A stretch of DNA of 64,000 nucleotides from a virus, in the IMG/VR virus record IMGVR_UViG_3300033508_000321. The stretch is one strand, 5' to 3'. The notes beneath the pieces are model-generated. The model ran no database searches. It was given only the letters and a program-made list of their open reading frames with translations, and had not been told where the DNA came from. Below are positions 1 to 8,925 of the stretch, piece after piece. Within the stretch, counting starts at the first letter, position 1. Every line of letters starts with the position of its first letter. Position numbers and translations under genes: made by a program.

Positions 1-699
1 GACCGAGTTTCGTACACTGCCAATATCTACGAATGTATACAAAATAGCACTGGAAATTTACCTACGGTTGTTACTCATTGGGTTTTGGTATGTGAGGATA
101 AAGCACTGTTTTATGCGAATCGTGATACTACCGGAAATTTACCTACCGCCGCTTTTTCTGTTACCGTGGATAACGTTATCTTAGAATTAGAAGGTTGGAG
201 ACCTGCACAAACTTTGTACTTCAAGCGTGAGGATGATAGGCTTAGAATTTACCTGAGCAGCGCAGACCGTACCGGTGGTACTGATTACGTATGTGAAATT
301 GAGTACGATGAAAGGCCACTGGCCATACCCTCTCGCCGCCTTGTTTTTCCCGGCATAAATGCTGAAATTGAATTTACTGGTTATGTAACCATTACAAAAG
401 CAATCGCAGATTTAGCGGAATTTGACGCTACCAGTACCGGGTATTTCACAAAAGGTGATAACAGAAATCCACTTGTAAAGCGGTTAATGGTTAAAATGTG
501 CGTATATGAATTGCACAAAGTGATTAACCCGAGAAACATACCGCAGATGCGTGTGGATGATTACAGCGAAGCCTTAGACCTGCTAAAAAGTTTCGCAAAA
601 GGTGATACCACTATAGATCTACCTTCATACGAGAAACAAGAAGCAAAAGGGCAAAGAATACACTGGGGCATTAGCCCTAAAAGCAAATACAACTGGTAA
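1..699 (+). CDS. Virion protein with DUF1320 / Mu gp36-like C-terminal region (5' end runs off the window)
   Basis: Frame 1 has no stop from nt 1 to TAA 697-699, and the only in-window start is TTG 85. The C-terminus 'VKMCVYELHKVINPRNIPQMRVDDYSEALDLLKSFAKGDTTIDLP' fits my recollection of the DUF1320 connector pattern. 'TGNLPT' is duplicated near the N-terminus. Confidence 0.45.
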   Translation, partial: DRVSYTANIYECIQNSTGNLPTVVTHWVLVCEDKALFYANRDTTGNLPTAAFSVTVDNVILELEGWRPAQTLYFKREDDRLRIYLSSADRTGGTDYVCEIEYDERPLAIPSRRLVFPGINAEIEFTGYVTITKAIADLAEFDATSTGYFTKGDNRNPLVKRLMVKMCVYELHKVINPRNIPQMRVDDYSEALDLLKSFAKGDTTIDLPSYEKQEAKGQRIHWGISPKSKYNW

Positions 700-700
700 T

Positions 701-2116
701 ATGAGTTTACTAAGCAGAATAAAAAGTGTGTTCGTGGTTGAACCCGCAGCACCGGAAAAAAAGCCAAAGCGTAGAATTGGTGATAACGTTGTAAGTTTAC
801 CATTGTCTAGGTTGCGTCAAGATATAGCATCATGGCGTAATGGTGTGGATATGGCCGAGAACAAAACCGGGTATGATAGGTTTGATTTATACGAATTGTA
901 CAAGGAAATAAAAGATGATGGTCAGGTAATTGCTACCACAGGTTCTCGTACTGATAACATCACTTTGAGCGATTTTTCTATCTACGTCGGTGACGAACAA
1001 AACGATGGGGCGCAAAATTTGTTTGAGCAACGTTGGTTTTTTGACTTTCTGAAATACAGTGTAGAATCATTTTTCTGGGGCGCAAAAATCGTTCAAATTG
1101 ATAGCATAAACCCTTTGAAAATTTCATGCGTACCGGATGAAAACGTGGCAGTGGAATACGATGCCGTAAAGAAACTAGCAACCGGGGGCGTGAGTTCTGG
1201 AAACTTAGTGACATACGTAGGTAACGAGTACGAACCTCTGACGATACCGGTATATAATTCTCAGCATGACTTAGGTATTTTCAACGCTGTAGCACCGTAT
1301 TACTTATGGAAAAAAGTGTTGGGTGCATGGTCTGAATATGCTGATAGATTTGGTATGCCACTTCGTGCAATACATACCGATATAGATGACCCTGAGAGAG
1401 TAAAACACGCACAAGATATGCTCGAAAATATGATAGGTAGTACCTATGCTATTTTTCACATGGATGACAGGTTTGAAATAAACCAACTACCCGGACGTGA
1501 GGGTTTTCAAGTGTATGCAAAACTTATTGATTATTGCGATAGTCAGATAGCAAAAATAATGCTTCGTCAGACCGGTACTACAGATGAGAAAGCATACAGT
1601 GGATCATCACTGGTACACGCTGATGTGCTAGGTTCCCTTGCGAAAAGCGATAAAAAGTACATTCAATACCTGATAAACGATACACTTATTCCTAAACTCG
1701 TTGGTTTGGGAATCGTGCCGATGGGTACACGTTTCTACTGGGATTCATCCGACAACGTGTCTACTCTTGAGAAGGTAAACATCATCCAAATATTGACTAA
1801 TTCCGGGTATAAAATACCTGCCGAATATGTAGAAAAATGGACTGGGGTAGAAGTTGAACACGTTGAAGAAGTTGAACTGACTGAAATCGAAGAACCGGAA
1901 GAAACTACCGCTATCATGGATGTAGAAGATTATATGCCGGGGACGATGCGTAAAAAAAGCCTTGGGATGGGTATTAGTATGTTAACGGTAATGAAAGACG
2001 GTGTAGCAACGCCTAGAGCCTACAAGTTTGACCCGAAAATTTTTAAACCTGCTGATGTGGAAAATTATTTACGTACACATGGCATAAAAGCAACAGATGT
2101 ATGGCACGCACAATAG
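701..2116 (+). CDS. Portal protein (Mu gp29 / DUF935-like)
   Basis: 471 aa. 'YYLWKKVLGAWSEYADRFGMPLRAIHTD' and the overall size recall DUF935 portals. It sits in a Mu-like head gene set (F, G, protease-scaffold and capsid downstream). Confidence 0.75.
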   Translation: MSLLSRIKSVFVVEPAAPEKKPKRRIGDNVVSLPLSRLRQDIASWRNGVDMAENKTGYDRFDLYELYKEIKDDGQVIATTGSRTDNITLSDFSIYVGDEQNDGAQNLFEQRWFFDFLKYSVESFFWGAKIVQIDSINPLKISCVPDENVAVEYDAVKKLATGGVSSGNLVTYVGNEYEPLTIPVYNSQHDLGIFNAVAPYYLWKKVLGAWSEYADRFGMPLRAIHTDIDDPERVKHAQDMLENMIGSTYAIFHMDDRFEINQLPGREGFQVYAKLIDYCDSQIAKIMLRQTGTTDEKAYSGSSLVHADVLGSLAKSDKKYIQYLINDTLIPKLVGLGIVPMGTRFYWDSSDNVSTLEKVNIIQILTNSGYKIPAEYVEKWTGVEVEHVEEVELTEIEEPEETTAIMDVEDYMPGTMRKKSLGMGISMLTVMKDGVATPRAYKFDPKIFKPADVENYLRTHGIKATDVWHAQ

Positions 2117-2967
2117 CAGTTATTTACAACGCACTTATTTCCGAGAAGGAAACCTTCAGTACACTTAGCGGTTTAGCACCAGTTGGTGATACGTATACCA
2201 CTTTTTTGCGAGATTTAAACACCACTAGCAAGGCTGCCGTGTGGCGTATGCTTTTGTACGTTGTTGCCGTTGGTATACACATTCAAGAAGTGTATTATGG
2301 TCTTTTCATTGAAGAACTTGAAGCCCTTAGACCTACCCTAATTGCGGGAACAGACCAGTGGTATATAGATCAGGCGAAAGAATTTCAACTTGGTGACGCT
2401 CTCACGTGGAACGGCTCTCAATTCGTATACGCTACGGATGATGCCACCAAGAAAATAGTAACTTTTTCCGCCGCCGAAACCGTTGGAAATGTGCTGAATC
2501 TTAAAGTGGCAAAAGGTACAACACCAACAAAACTTTCAGCAGGTGAGTTATCAGCATTTACGGCATACGCAAATGAAATCGGATTTGCCGGCACGGAAAT
2601 AAACGTGATAAGTACCGATGGTGACCAGCTGTGGTTAGAGGCGAATTGTTATGTAAATCCTCTGTTAATAAATTTGGATGGTACTAGCGTTGCTGATGCT
2701 TCACTGGTGGTAGAAGATGCTTTGAACAGCTACTTAGCAAACTTGAATTTTAACGGTGTTTTCTCACTGTTTGAGCTATACAATTACATGAATAGTATAT
2801 CAGGTGTGACTAACTTTGTGGTGACCGTAGGTAACGTAAAAGCAGCTACTTCGCTTGCGTATACAGATTTGCTTATTACCTCGAGTCGGAGTTATGTACC
2901 TTATGCCGGTTATTTAATCGAAGACCCTGTAAACCCTTATAATATAACGTATTATGCGAGTGTATGA
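2101..2967 (+). CDS. Hypothetical virion protein (possibly baseplate-J-like, weak)
   Basis: 288 aa. Its ATG overlaps the portal 3' end by 16 nt. No firm motif. Placed by position in the morphogenesis block. Confidence 0.5.
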   Translation: MARTIAVIYNALISEKETFSTLSGLAPVGDTYTTFLRDLNTTSKAAVWRMLLYVVAVGIHIQEVYYGLFIEELEALRPTLIAGTDQWYIDQAKEFQLGDALTWNGSQFVYATDDATKKIVTFSAAETVGNVLNLKVAKGTTPTKLSAGELSAFTAYANEIGFAGTEINVISTDGDQLWLEANCYVNPLLINLDGTSVADASLVVEDALNSYLANLNFNGVFSLFELYNYMNSISGVTNFVVTVGNVKAATSLAYTDLLITSSRSYVPYAGYLIEDPVNPYNITYYASV

Positions 2968-3433
2968 TATAGATTACGCAAAACTTTTTGCCGGACTTTG
3001 GCCGTGGTTTATTCGTGGTGCAACATGGGTAGATTTCATGCTATCGTGGATTAACCCGATTTCGTATGTTAACTCACTTTTTACTTCGCAAGTGGATGAG
3101 GTTCGTGATACTTTGCTTTATGATAGTAGGGTAATTTACTTGCAAAAAAGGTTGTGGACGTTGTACGATAATTCAGAGGCTACGTATGTAGAAAAGCACA
3201 TCATTGACCGTAACCCGGTACTTAGTCAGATAAGCGAACAGCGAACGTCTTTTACGTATCAGATTAGTGAATCTTTACACGCTTACTTCTACCAACAAAA
3301 CGATGTGCTGAACCAAATAAATTACACAGTACATTTACCCGCCGCTTTATCTACTCTCGAAGATCGTATCCGAGCAACGGTGGTGCAATATAGGCAATCA
3401 GGAACGCAGTTCGACTTGGCTTTTGACTTATAA
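2954..3433 (+). CDS. Hypothetical virion protein
   Basis: 159 aa. Its ATG overlaps the upstream gene by 14 nt. Same-strand operon context. Confidence 0.5.
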   Translation: MRVYDIDYAKLFAGLWPWFIRGATWVDFMLSWINPISYVNSLFTSQVDEVRDTLLYDSRVIYLQKRLWTLYDNSEATYVEKHIIDRNPVLSQISEQRTSFTYQISESLHAYFYQQNDVLNQINYTVHLPAALSTLEDRIRATVVQYRQSGTQFDLAFDL

Positions 3434-3445
3434 AATAAAGGAATT

Positions 3446-4255
3446 ATGAATAAATTTATCAATACTTTTACCGGTGGTCTGGACTTATTTCACGATGATA
3501 TACGTTGGAATGACTATGCGTACCGTGGTGCTTTGAACAATCTACTGAATAGCTTCGCTATTGATACCAACACGAACTTTGTGATCAGCGGTTGTGTACC
3601 TACCTATACACCCGGTGTTTCATTGGCTGTTACCGATGGGTATATTTACTTGAATGGTGAGGTTTTACAAGTTGAAGCACAAACGTTTTTAAACGACGGT
3701 GCTGATTTCAAGTATACCAAGGTAACTACGTTCGATACTACAGGAAACCGTGTTACGAAAGCGGGTGCATCTGTACAAACTTATCAAAAAAACCGTGGTG
3801 TGGTGAGTGCCGGTGCTGCCGGAACTACTGAGTTGAATGCTCGTATAGTAACTACGCTAATAGACAAAATAAAACTGGCATTAGAACTGACTTACGATAC
3901 GTGGGTACAACCTACGTTTGAATCAGGTTTTGCGCATTCTACCGGCGAAGCAGATTTTGGTGTTTGGTACAAAAAAACCAAAGAAGGGAACTTGTTTATT
4001 CAAGGTGCTATGGTACTTTTAGCGGATAAAACGGGTGACGATCTTTTATTCACTTTACCTGCCGGTTATCGTCCTAGCGATGTTAACACACTACCAGCGA
4101 GTACTGTTTACAGATTCCCGTTTATTGGTGATACTGGCGGTGGCGTAAGTACAAACATTTTGGCCATAGATGAAACAGGCGCAGTTAAACTGGAAAACCC
4201 AGCGTTAACTGGGTACAAGTATTTCTTTAATCACATTATACCTTTGGATGTATGA
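3446..4255 (+). CDS. Hypothetical virion protein (fibre-like?)
   Basis: 269 aa. A purine-rich AAAGGAA lies just upstream of the ATG. The G/T/V-rich composition is typical of fibre or baseplate proteins. Confidence 0.55.
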   Translation: MNKFINTFTGGLDLFHDDIRWNDYAYRGALNNLLNSFAIDTNTNFVISGCVPTYTPGVSLAVTDGYIYLNGEVLQVEAQTFLNDGADFKYTKVTTFDTTGNRVTKAGASVQTYQKNRGVVSAGAAGTTELNARIVTTLIDKIKLALELTYDTWVQPTFESGFAHSTGEADFGVWYKKTKEGNLFIQGAMVLLADKTGDDLLFTLPAGYRPSDVNTLPASTVYRFPFIGDTGGGVSTNILAIDETGAVKLENPALTGYKYFFNHIIPLDV

Positions 4256-4575
4256 TAGTAGTTTTCCCATCAATAATTCCGAACGGGTACAAGGCTATGG
4301 CTTTGTATCCTTTTATTTTCGTATCTGAGCCAAAAGGTACGTACGTATTTAAACTTTTGAGCAAAGGTCTGGAATACTCAAAAGCGGTAGGACGGTGGGA
4401 AAGAATGATTGCGCATGAAAGAGTACACCACAAACAACAAAAAGAATTGCTTTTCATTGGCTTTTTACTTGTATATTTGTACTTTCACTTGCGTTATGGA
4501 TATAGACACAACCCAATGGAAAAAGAAGCCGTACACGGTAGAAAAAAACGCTTTGGCTGGACTGAGTACATATGA
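4252..4575 (+). CDS. Small HExxH metallopeptidase-like protein with a hydrophobic segment
   Basis: 107 aa. It has 'AHERVHHKQQ' (HExxH), a later 'NPMEKEA', and a hydrophobic stretch 'LLFIGFLLVYLYF'. ATGA overlaps on both sides. Confidence 0.5.
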   Translation: MIVVFPSIIPNGYKAMALYPFIFVSEPKGTYVFKLLSKGLEYSKAVGRWERMIAHERVHHKQQKELLFIGFLLVYLYFHLRYGYRHNPMEKEAVHGRKKRFGWTEYI

Positions 4576-5999
4576 TAACAGATAAGGAAATAGAGGAACT
4601 GGTAACAGGTTTGTATAATGGTACGGTGAGCATCTTGCGCTTGCCGCAAAATCTTTTTGCCGCCACTTATCTCGAGTTAATGGGTGGTGTGACTAAAGGT
4701 TTTGGAATACCCGAATTTGAAACACCGGCACACGATGTACTCACTAAGCTAGGCAATAATATCAGCTCTTTTTCCGGCTGTAAGACGTTCAAAGAAACTT
4801 ATGATATGCAGCAACTTCTTTTCGATTCACAGGGCTATAAAAAGCCTTTTAATGTGTTCAAGAATGAAGTAATGACCGTTTACACGAATTACAACGAACG
4901 TTATTTACAAGCTGAGTACAACACCGCTATAAATTCCGCTTTTTCTGCTGCTGACTGGGTAGAATACGAAGCGGATAAAGACATATTCCCACTTCTTCAG
5001 TACAAAACAGTACATGATGGTAGGGTACGGGAAGACCATGCAAAACTGCATAACATAGTGAAGCCGGTAGATGATCCTTTTTGGGATACTTTCATGCCGT
5101 GCAACGGTTGGAATTGTAGATGCAGGGTAATAAAATTAACAGAATTTGAAGCCGAAGAAACACCACTTTCAGAGGATAAGCTAAAAGAACTTACTGAAGG
5201 TATTCCTGATATATTTCAATTTAATCCGGGCAAACGAGGTGAGATATTTTCGCAAAGTCATGATTATTTTAATGCCAATACACTACCGCCAAAGGTACGT
5301 ACGTATTTCACCGAAGAACGCAAAACCAATTTCGGGTTCGTTACACCACCAATACAGGGTGTAACCTCACCGATTCCGCAAAAAATCGTTACTGACTATA
5401 CCCATGCTGTAGAAGAAGTTAACGACTGGTATCTTACTTTGGGTGAAGTTGACCGTAAAATACTACGGCAGTACACAACCTATGGGGATGTTATTATGAG
5501 TAATTACCTACGGGGCACATTAAAAAATAGCGGTGACGTTCGAACTATCATAGATGTTAACGGTGTTCCGGTTCTTGTTGGTGGTGGTAAACCGCCAAAG
5601 AAAACACTGGAAATGATCGCAAAAGATTTAGCCAATAAAACTACCGATTTGTACAAGAAAGCACCTAAATTTGTAGGTACTTCCTACCGTGGGTTGGAGT
5701 TTAATAAACGTAACGATTTATTGGCTAAGTTTGAATCGCTAAAACCCGGAGATGTATTTGTCGAACCCGGCTTTATGAGTACTACACAAACTATAAAGGT
5801 TGGTTTAGACTTCTCAGGTGCTGCGGAAGGTGCTTTGATTGAAATAAAAAATGCTGAAGGCTACGCCATAAAAAGTTTTTCGCGGTTCAAAGGGGAGGAA
5901 GAAATACTACTGATGCCCGATACAGTATTAAGATTTGTAGAAAAAGAACGCATAACAGTAAACAGAGATAAATACATATTTGAGTATGTCAAACAATGA
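4572..5999 (+). CDS. Head morphogenesis protein (Mu F / SPP1 gp7 family) fused to a C-terminal ADP-ribosyltransferase domain
   Basis: MuF signature: 'VHDGRVREDHAKLH...FMPCNGWNCRCRV' (aa 147-186). ART R-S-E triad: 'SYRGL' (R373, nt 5688-5690), 'FMSTTQT' (nt 5778-5786), 'GEEEILL' (nt 5895-5903), plus 'YTTYGDVIMSNYLRG'. Confidence 0.85.
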   Translation: MITDKEIEELVTGLYNGTVSILRLPQNLFAATYLELMGGVTKGFGIPEFETPAHDVLTKLGNNISSFSGCKTFKETYDMQQLLFDSQGYKKPFNVFKNEVMTVYTNYNERYLQAEYNTAINSAFSAADWVEYEADKDIFPLLQYKTVHDGRVREDHAKLHNIVKPVDDPFWDTFMPCNGWNCRCRVIKLTEFEAEETPLSEDKLKELTEGIPDIFQFNPGKRGEIFSQSHDYFNANTLPPKVRTYFTEERKTNFGFVTPPIQGVTSPIPQKIVTDYTHAVEEVNDWYLTLGEVDRKILRQYTTYGDVIMSNYLRGTLKNSGDVRTIIDVNGVPVLVGGGKPPKKTLEMIAKDLANKTTDLYKKAPKFVGTSYRGLEFNKRNDLLAKFESLKPGDVFVEPGFMSTTQTIKVGLDFSGAAEGALIEIKNAEGYAIKSFSRFKGEEEILLMPDTVLRFVEKERITVNRDKYIFEYVKQ

Positions 6000-6192
6000 T
6001 TCACCATTAAGCAAAGATTTTGAGCCGGTTTTTACGCAGTGCAACACGTGTAAACATTTCTATAGGGAAAATGCTGATATTTCGTGTAAAGCATTTGAGA
6101 AAATTCCTATGAGTATTCTCACCAATAAAATAAAACACGATAAACCAATAGAGGGTCAAGAAAACAAAGTAGTGCATGAAAAAGCTAGGTAA
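5986..6192 (+). CDS. Hypothetical small protein
   Basis: 68 aa from ATG 5986 (the track start at 5980 is TTG). Contains 'CNTC'. Overlaps both neighbours. Confidence 0.4.
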   Translation: MSNNDSPLSKDFEPVFTQCNTCKHFYRENADISCKAFEKIPMSILTNKIKHDKPIEGQENKVVHEKAR

Positions 6193-6679
6193 TTTCGGTT
6201 TTCTCGAGGGTAATGCTAAAGGATTTCACGCAACAAAACTTCGTCTTGCGAAAATTCTACCCAATACCGCTTTAAATCACTTTTTAGAAGGGTTTGAACT
6301 GGGTGGGTATAAAACCGATGCATCCGAAAGTGGGTGGCCTAAAAGAAAAAAGAATTACCAAATGAAGAAACGTGGTACACGTGTACCGGGTCAAGTTCGT
6401 AGCGTAAATCGTGACCGTGCTTTGCTTGTTAAATCGGGTGCTTTACGTCGCTCGTTAAAAGTTACAGATTCAAGTCCAAATCTTATGCGTATAGCATCAC
6501 GTGGTATCAGATATGCAGCTATTCATAACTTCGGTCTGATGGGAAAAGCATTCGGGAAATGGCCTTTTAAGATGCCTAAACGTGAGTTCGTGGGTAAAAG
6601 CAGAGAACTAGACTTGAAACTGAATAAAATCATCATAGCCGCTTTTAAACGCTACATGAGTAGCTTAAAAAATCCTTAA
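6176..6679 (+). CDS. Virion morphogenesis protein (Mu gpG-like)
   Basis: 167 aa. 'LLVKSGALRRSLKV', 'YAAIHNFG' and 'PKREFVG' fit the Mu G / virion morphogenesis family pattern as I recall it. Confidence 0.6.
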   Translation: MKKLGNFGFLEGNAKGFHATKLRLAKILPNTALNHFLEGFELGGYKTDASESGWPKRKKNYQMKKRGTRVPGQVRSVNRDRALLVKSGALRRSLKVTDSSPNLMRIASRGIRYAAIHNFGLMGKAFGKWPFKMPKREFVGKSRELDLKLNKIIIAAFKRYMSSLKNP

Positions 6680-6707
6680 AAATTAGGCTTTTAAAACAGT
6701 CTAGGTT

Positions 6708-6715
6708 TATATTTG
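6708..6715 (+). promoter_or_regulatory. TAnnTTTG box
   Basis: TATATTTG, 25 nt before ATG 6741, in a 61-bp AT-rich gap. Confidence 0.4.
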
Positions 6716-6740
6716 CATTAAAATTAAAATTAAAATCTCT

Positions 6741-7292
6741 ATGGTTGTTTTCGATATATACCGAGCCATACGTACAGCATTAGAAGCATCTACCATCATT
6801 GAGCACATTGGCTGGTATAATGACCAGATCAATAATGAAGAGCTTGAAACAGCCTACAATCATCCCGCCGTTTTTATCGAATTTCCTGACAATGCTTGGG
6901 AACAGCAAATGCATAGCACGTTCGGTAATACCGGTGCTCAGGCAAATGGTTACATTCAAATAAACGTACACGTGGAATTTACCCTGCTAAATGATATTAG
7001 TGATGAGGTTGATTACATGGAAAGCATCGTAGAAGAGGTTTATTACCGTTTGGTAGGTCTTTCCGGAACTAATTTTACCACATTCAAACGTTTTGCCGAT
7101 GGTGGCACACCAACAGCATCACGTGTGTACGAATGGGTACTAAAATTTTCAACAACCGGCATAGAAGAAGGTAAAGACTTAGGTGCTATAGATGTAACAG
7201 AGGGCGATACAAACCCAATAGACTTAGTGCTGAACACCGATTTAGATATTGATAACCAGATAATACGTACAGGCGATGGCAATTACATTTGA
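6741..7292 (+). CDS. Hypothetical head-tail joining / tail completion-like protein
   Basis: 183 aa. A TATATTTG box at 6708-6715 lies 26 nt upstream. The N-terminus loosely resembles DUF3168-type proteins (weak). Confidence 0.5.
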   Translation: MVVFDIYRAIRTALEASTIIEHIGWYNDQINNEELETAYNHPAVFIEFPDNAWEQQMHSTFGNTGAQANGYIQINVHVEFTLLNDISDEVDYMESIVEEVYYRLVGLSGTNFTTFKRFADGGTPTASRVYEWVLKFSTTGIEEGKDLGAIDVTEGDTNPIDLVLNTDLDIDNQIIRTGDGNYI

Positions 7293-7542
7293 GCGGCTAA
7301 CTGATAGCCGAAAAATTACCGTAAAGCGAGATGGTATTGTACAAAGAACGTTCGATGTGCAAGACAACGTAAGCATTTTGAGCACTAAAGAGGCGGGGGT
7401 AGAAAACCCAAACATGGTGCGCATGCTGAATAACTTAGAAGTGTACGAGTTTGACTGGAGAGAAGTGACCATAACACCTACCCCCGGTAGTAGAAATGAA
7501 CTGGTACAAACTTTGATCTTGAATTTTTTTTTTTTGACGTAG
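7276..7542 (+). CDS. Hypothetical virion protein, probably the 5' part of a frameshifted gene
   Basis: 88 aa. It ends 7 nt after a T12 run (7524-7535). The -1 frame is open from 7500 through the run into the next ORF. Confidence 0.5.
   Translation: MAITFERLTDSRKITVKRDGIVQRTFDVQDNVSILSTKEAGVENPNMVRMLNNLEVYEFDWREVTITPTPGSRNELVQTLILNFFFLT
7524..7535 (+). promoter_or_regulatory. T12 homopolymer: candidate -1 frameshift or transcriptional slippage site
   Basis: 'GAATTTTTTTTTTTTGAC'. A one-base back-slip (or a T13 transcript) fuses 7276-7535 in frame to 7536-8861. Confidence 0.5.
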
Positions 7543-7667
7543 GTCTTATTGGTAACACCCCTTTAAAAGTAGCTTATTATGAAGCAATTACAACAACTAG
7601 CGGACAAATCACGAAACCGACTGGATCAACAATCCTCCTCGACCAATGGTCTAACGGGGTTGATGCG

Positions 7668-8861
7668 TTGGTTTGTAAAATCGTTGGTGGAAAACCAGAT
7701 TTTGAGGATTCCGGTGTGGACGTTCTCACTTTTGACGTTGATGGTAATTATACAATTAGTGCAGCTTTACCTTCTAATCCGGCAGCATTAATATTTTACT
7801 TATCCGTACCGCTCAAGTTCATGGGTAATTTAGACATAAATTACACCATTCAGTACGTTGAGTTATCTTACACAGGGTTAGACCATAGCACGCTAATAAA
7901 TCGTGACGTTGCGGGAAATCATACACTGGTAAAACCGCTAGCAGATTCAACTACCGCATTTATGATGCAAAAAGCGGATGGTACACCTATATTTATTTTC
8001 GATAGTACGAGTGAAAGTATAAGTATAGCAGGGTTACTTGACGTACTAAAGCAAATTAGTCTTGGTGGAACGGATCTTGTAATATCGGACAATGGTAATA
8101 TAAATGCATACGGCAGCCGTATGATGAGCTTTGCCGATGGTACGCTGTATGACATGCAGGCAACTAACAGGGTAAGTATTGACTTCGTAAATCGTATACT
8201 TCAACGTATGTGGACAATCACCGGAACGAGTAATGACGGTAGCACACGTATTTTACAAGGAAATAATTCGGATAATACCACTGTATTTGCGGTAGACACC
8301 AATGGATTTGAGCTCGATCAGTATGACGACCTATTGCCATCTGCCCAGTGGCTAGCCACCAGCGGAGCACCGAGCCCAGACTTAGTGACTGCAACCATTG
8401 GTGGGGTAGTATTCAGCCTGTGGGCATTCGATGGGGGAAATACAGCAGAAAGTATGACTTCGTACTTCGAAGTTATACATGGGATTGATATTGACATTCT
8501 AAATGCCGATACACTACTTGCAGAAATTCATACACATGGGATGCCCAGTACTAACGCTGCCGGTGTGGTGAAGGTATTTTTCTCGATAGTGTACCTTCCG
8601 GTAGGTGGTGTCCCTCAGTTATTGGGTACTTTCAGCACGCTTATTACCATCGCGCTAAATCAGCAGTATTTCCACAAGCTGGGTGGCGTAGAAATACCTA
8701 AACCTACCTCCGGTTACGGTATTGGTGACCAAATACTGGTGAAGTATGAGCGAAAGCCTAACGATGCTCAAGATACATACGGTGCAGACTGGCTATTCTT
8801 GCAGTGTGCGTTGCATATGCCATTCAATTCCAGAGGTAGCCGCCAAAGATATGTGAAGTAA
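7668..8861 (+). CDS. Hypothetical virion protein, probably the 3' part of a frameshifted gene (frame open from 7500)
   Basis: The first start in this frame is TTG 7668. The frame has no ATG, GTG or TTG between the stop at 7497-7499 and 7668, although that stretch reads like protein ('DVGLIGNTPLKVAYYEAITTTSGQITKPTG'). Confidence 0.6.
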   Translation: MVCKIVGGKPDFEDSGVDVLTFDVDGNYTISAALPSNPAALIFYLSVPLKFMGNLDINYTIQYVELSYTGLDHSTLINRDVAGNHTLVKPLADSTTAFMMQKADGTPIFIFDSTSESISIAGLLDVLKQISLGGTDLVISDNGNINAYGSRMMSFADGTLYDMQATNRVSIDFVNRILQRMWTITGTSNDGSTRILQGNNSDNTTVFAVDTNGFELDQYDDLLPSAQWLATSGAPSPDLVTATIGGVVFSLWAFDGGNTAESMTSYFEVIHGIDIDILNADTLLAEIHTHGMPSTNAAGVVKVFFSIVYLPVGGVPQLLGTFSTLITIALNQQYFHKLGGVEIPKPTSGYGIGDQILVKYERKPNDAQDTYGADWLFLQCALHMPFNSRGSRQRYVK

Positions 8862-8898
8862 AAACACTTAAAAATTCTGATATTTCCCCCGCCACCGT

Positions 8899-8906
8899 TA
8901 GCTTTG
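8899..8906 (+). promoter_or_regulatory. TAnnTTTG box
   Basis: TAGCTTTG, 19 nt before ATG 8926. Confidence 0.4.
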
Positions 8907-8925
8907 AACCATAAAAATTAAAATC

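Noticed and set aside
85-699. TTG 85 as the true start of the first gene
   Set aside because: The upstream 84 nt are stop-free in the same frame and read like protein ('DRVSYTANIYECIQNSTGNLPTVVTHW'). The gene more likely begins left of the window. I have not fully excluded TTG 85.
7579-7791. 70-aa ORF between the two halves of the T12-split gene
   Set aside because: It overlaps the long open frame that continues to 8861, and its product looks like out-of-frame translation.
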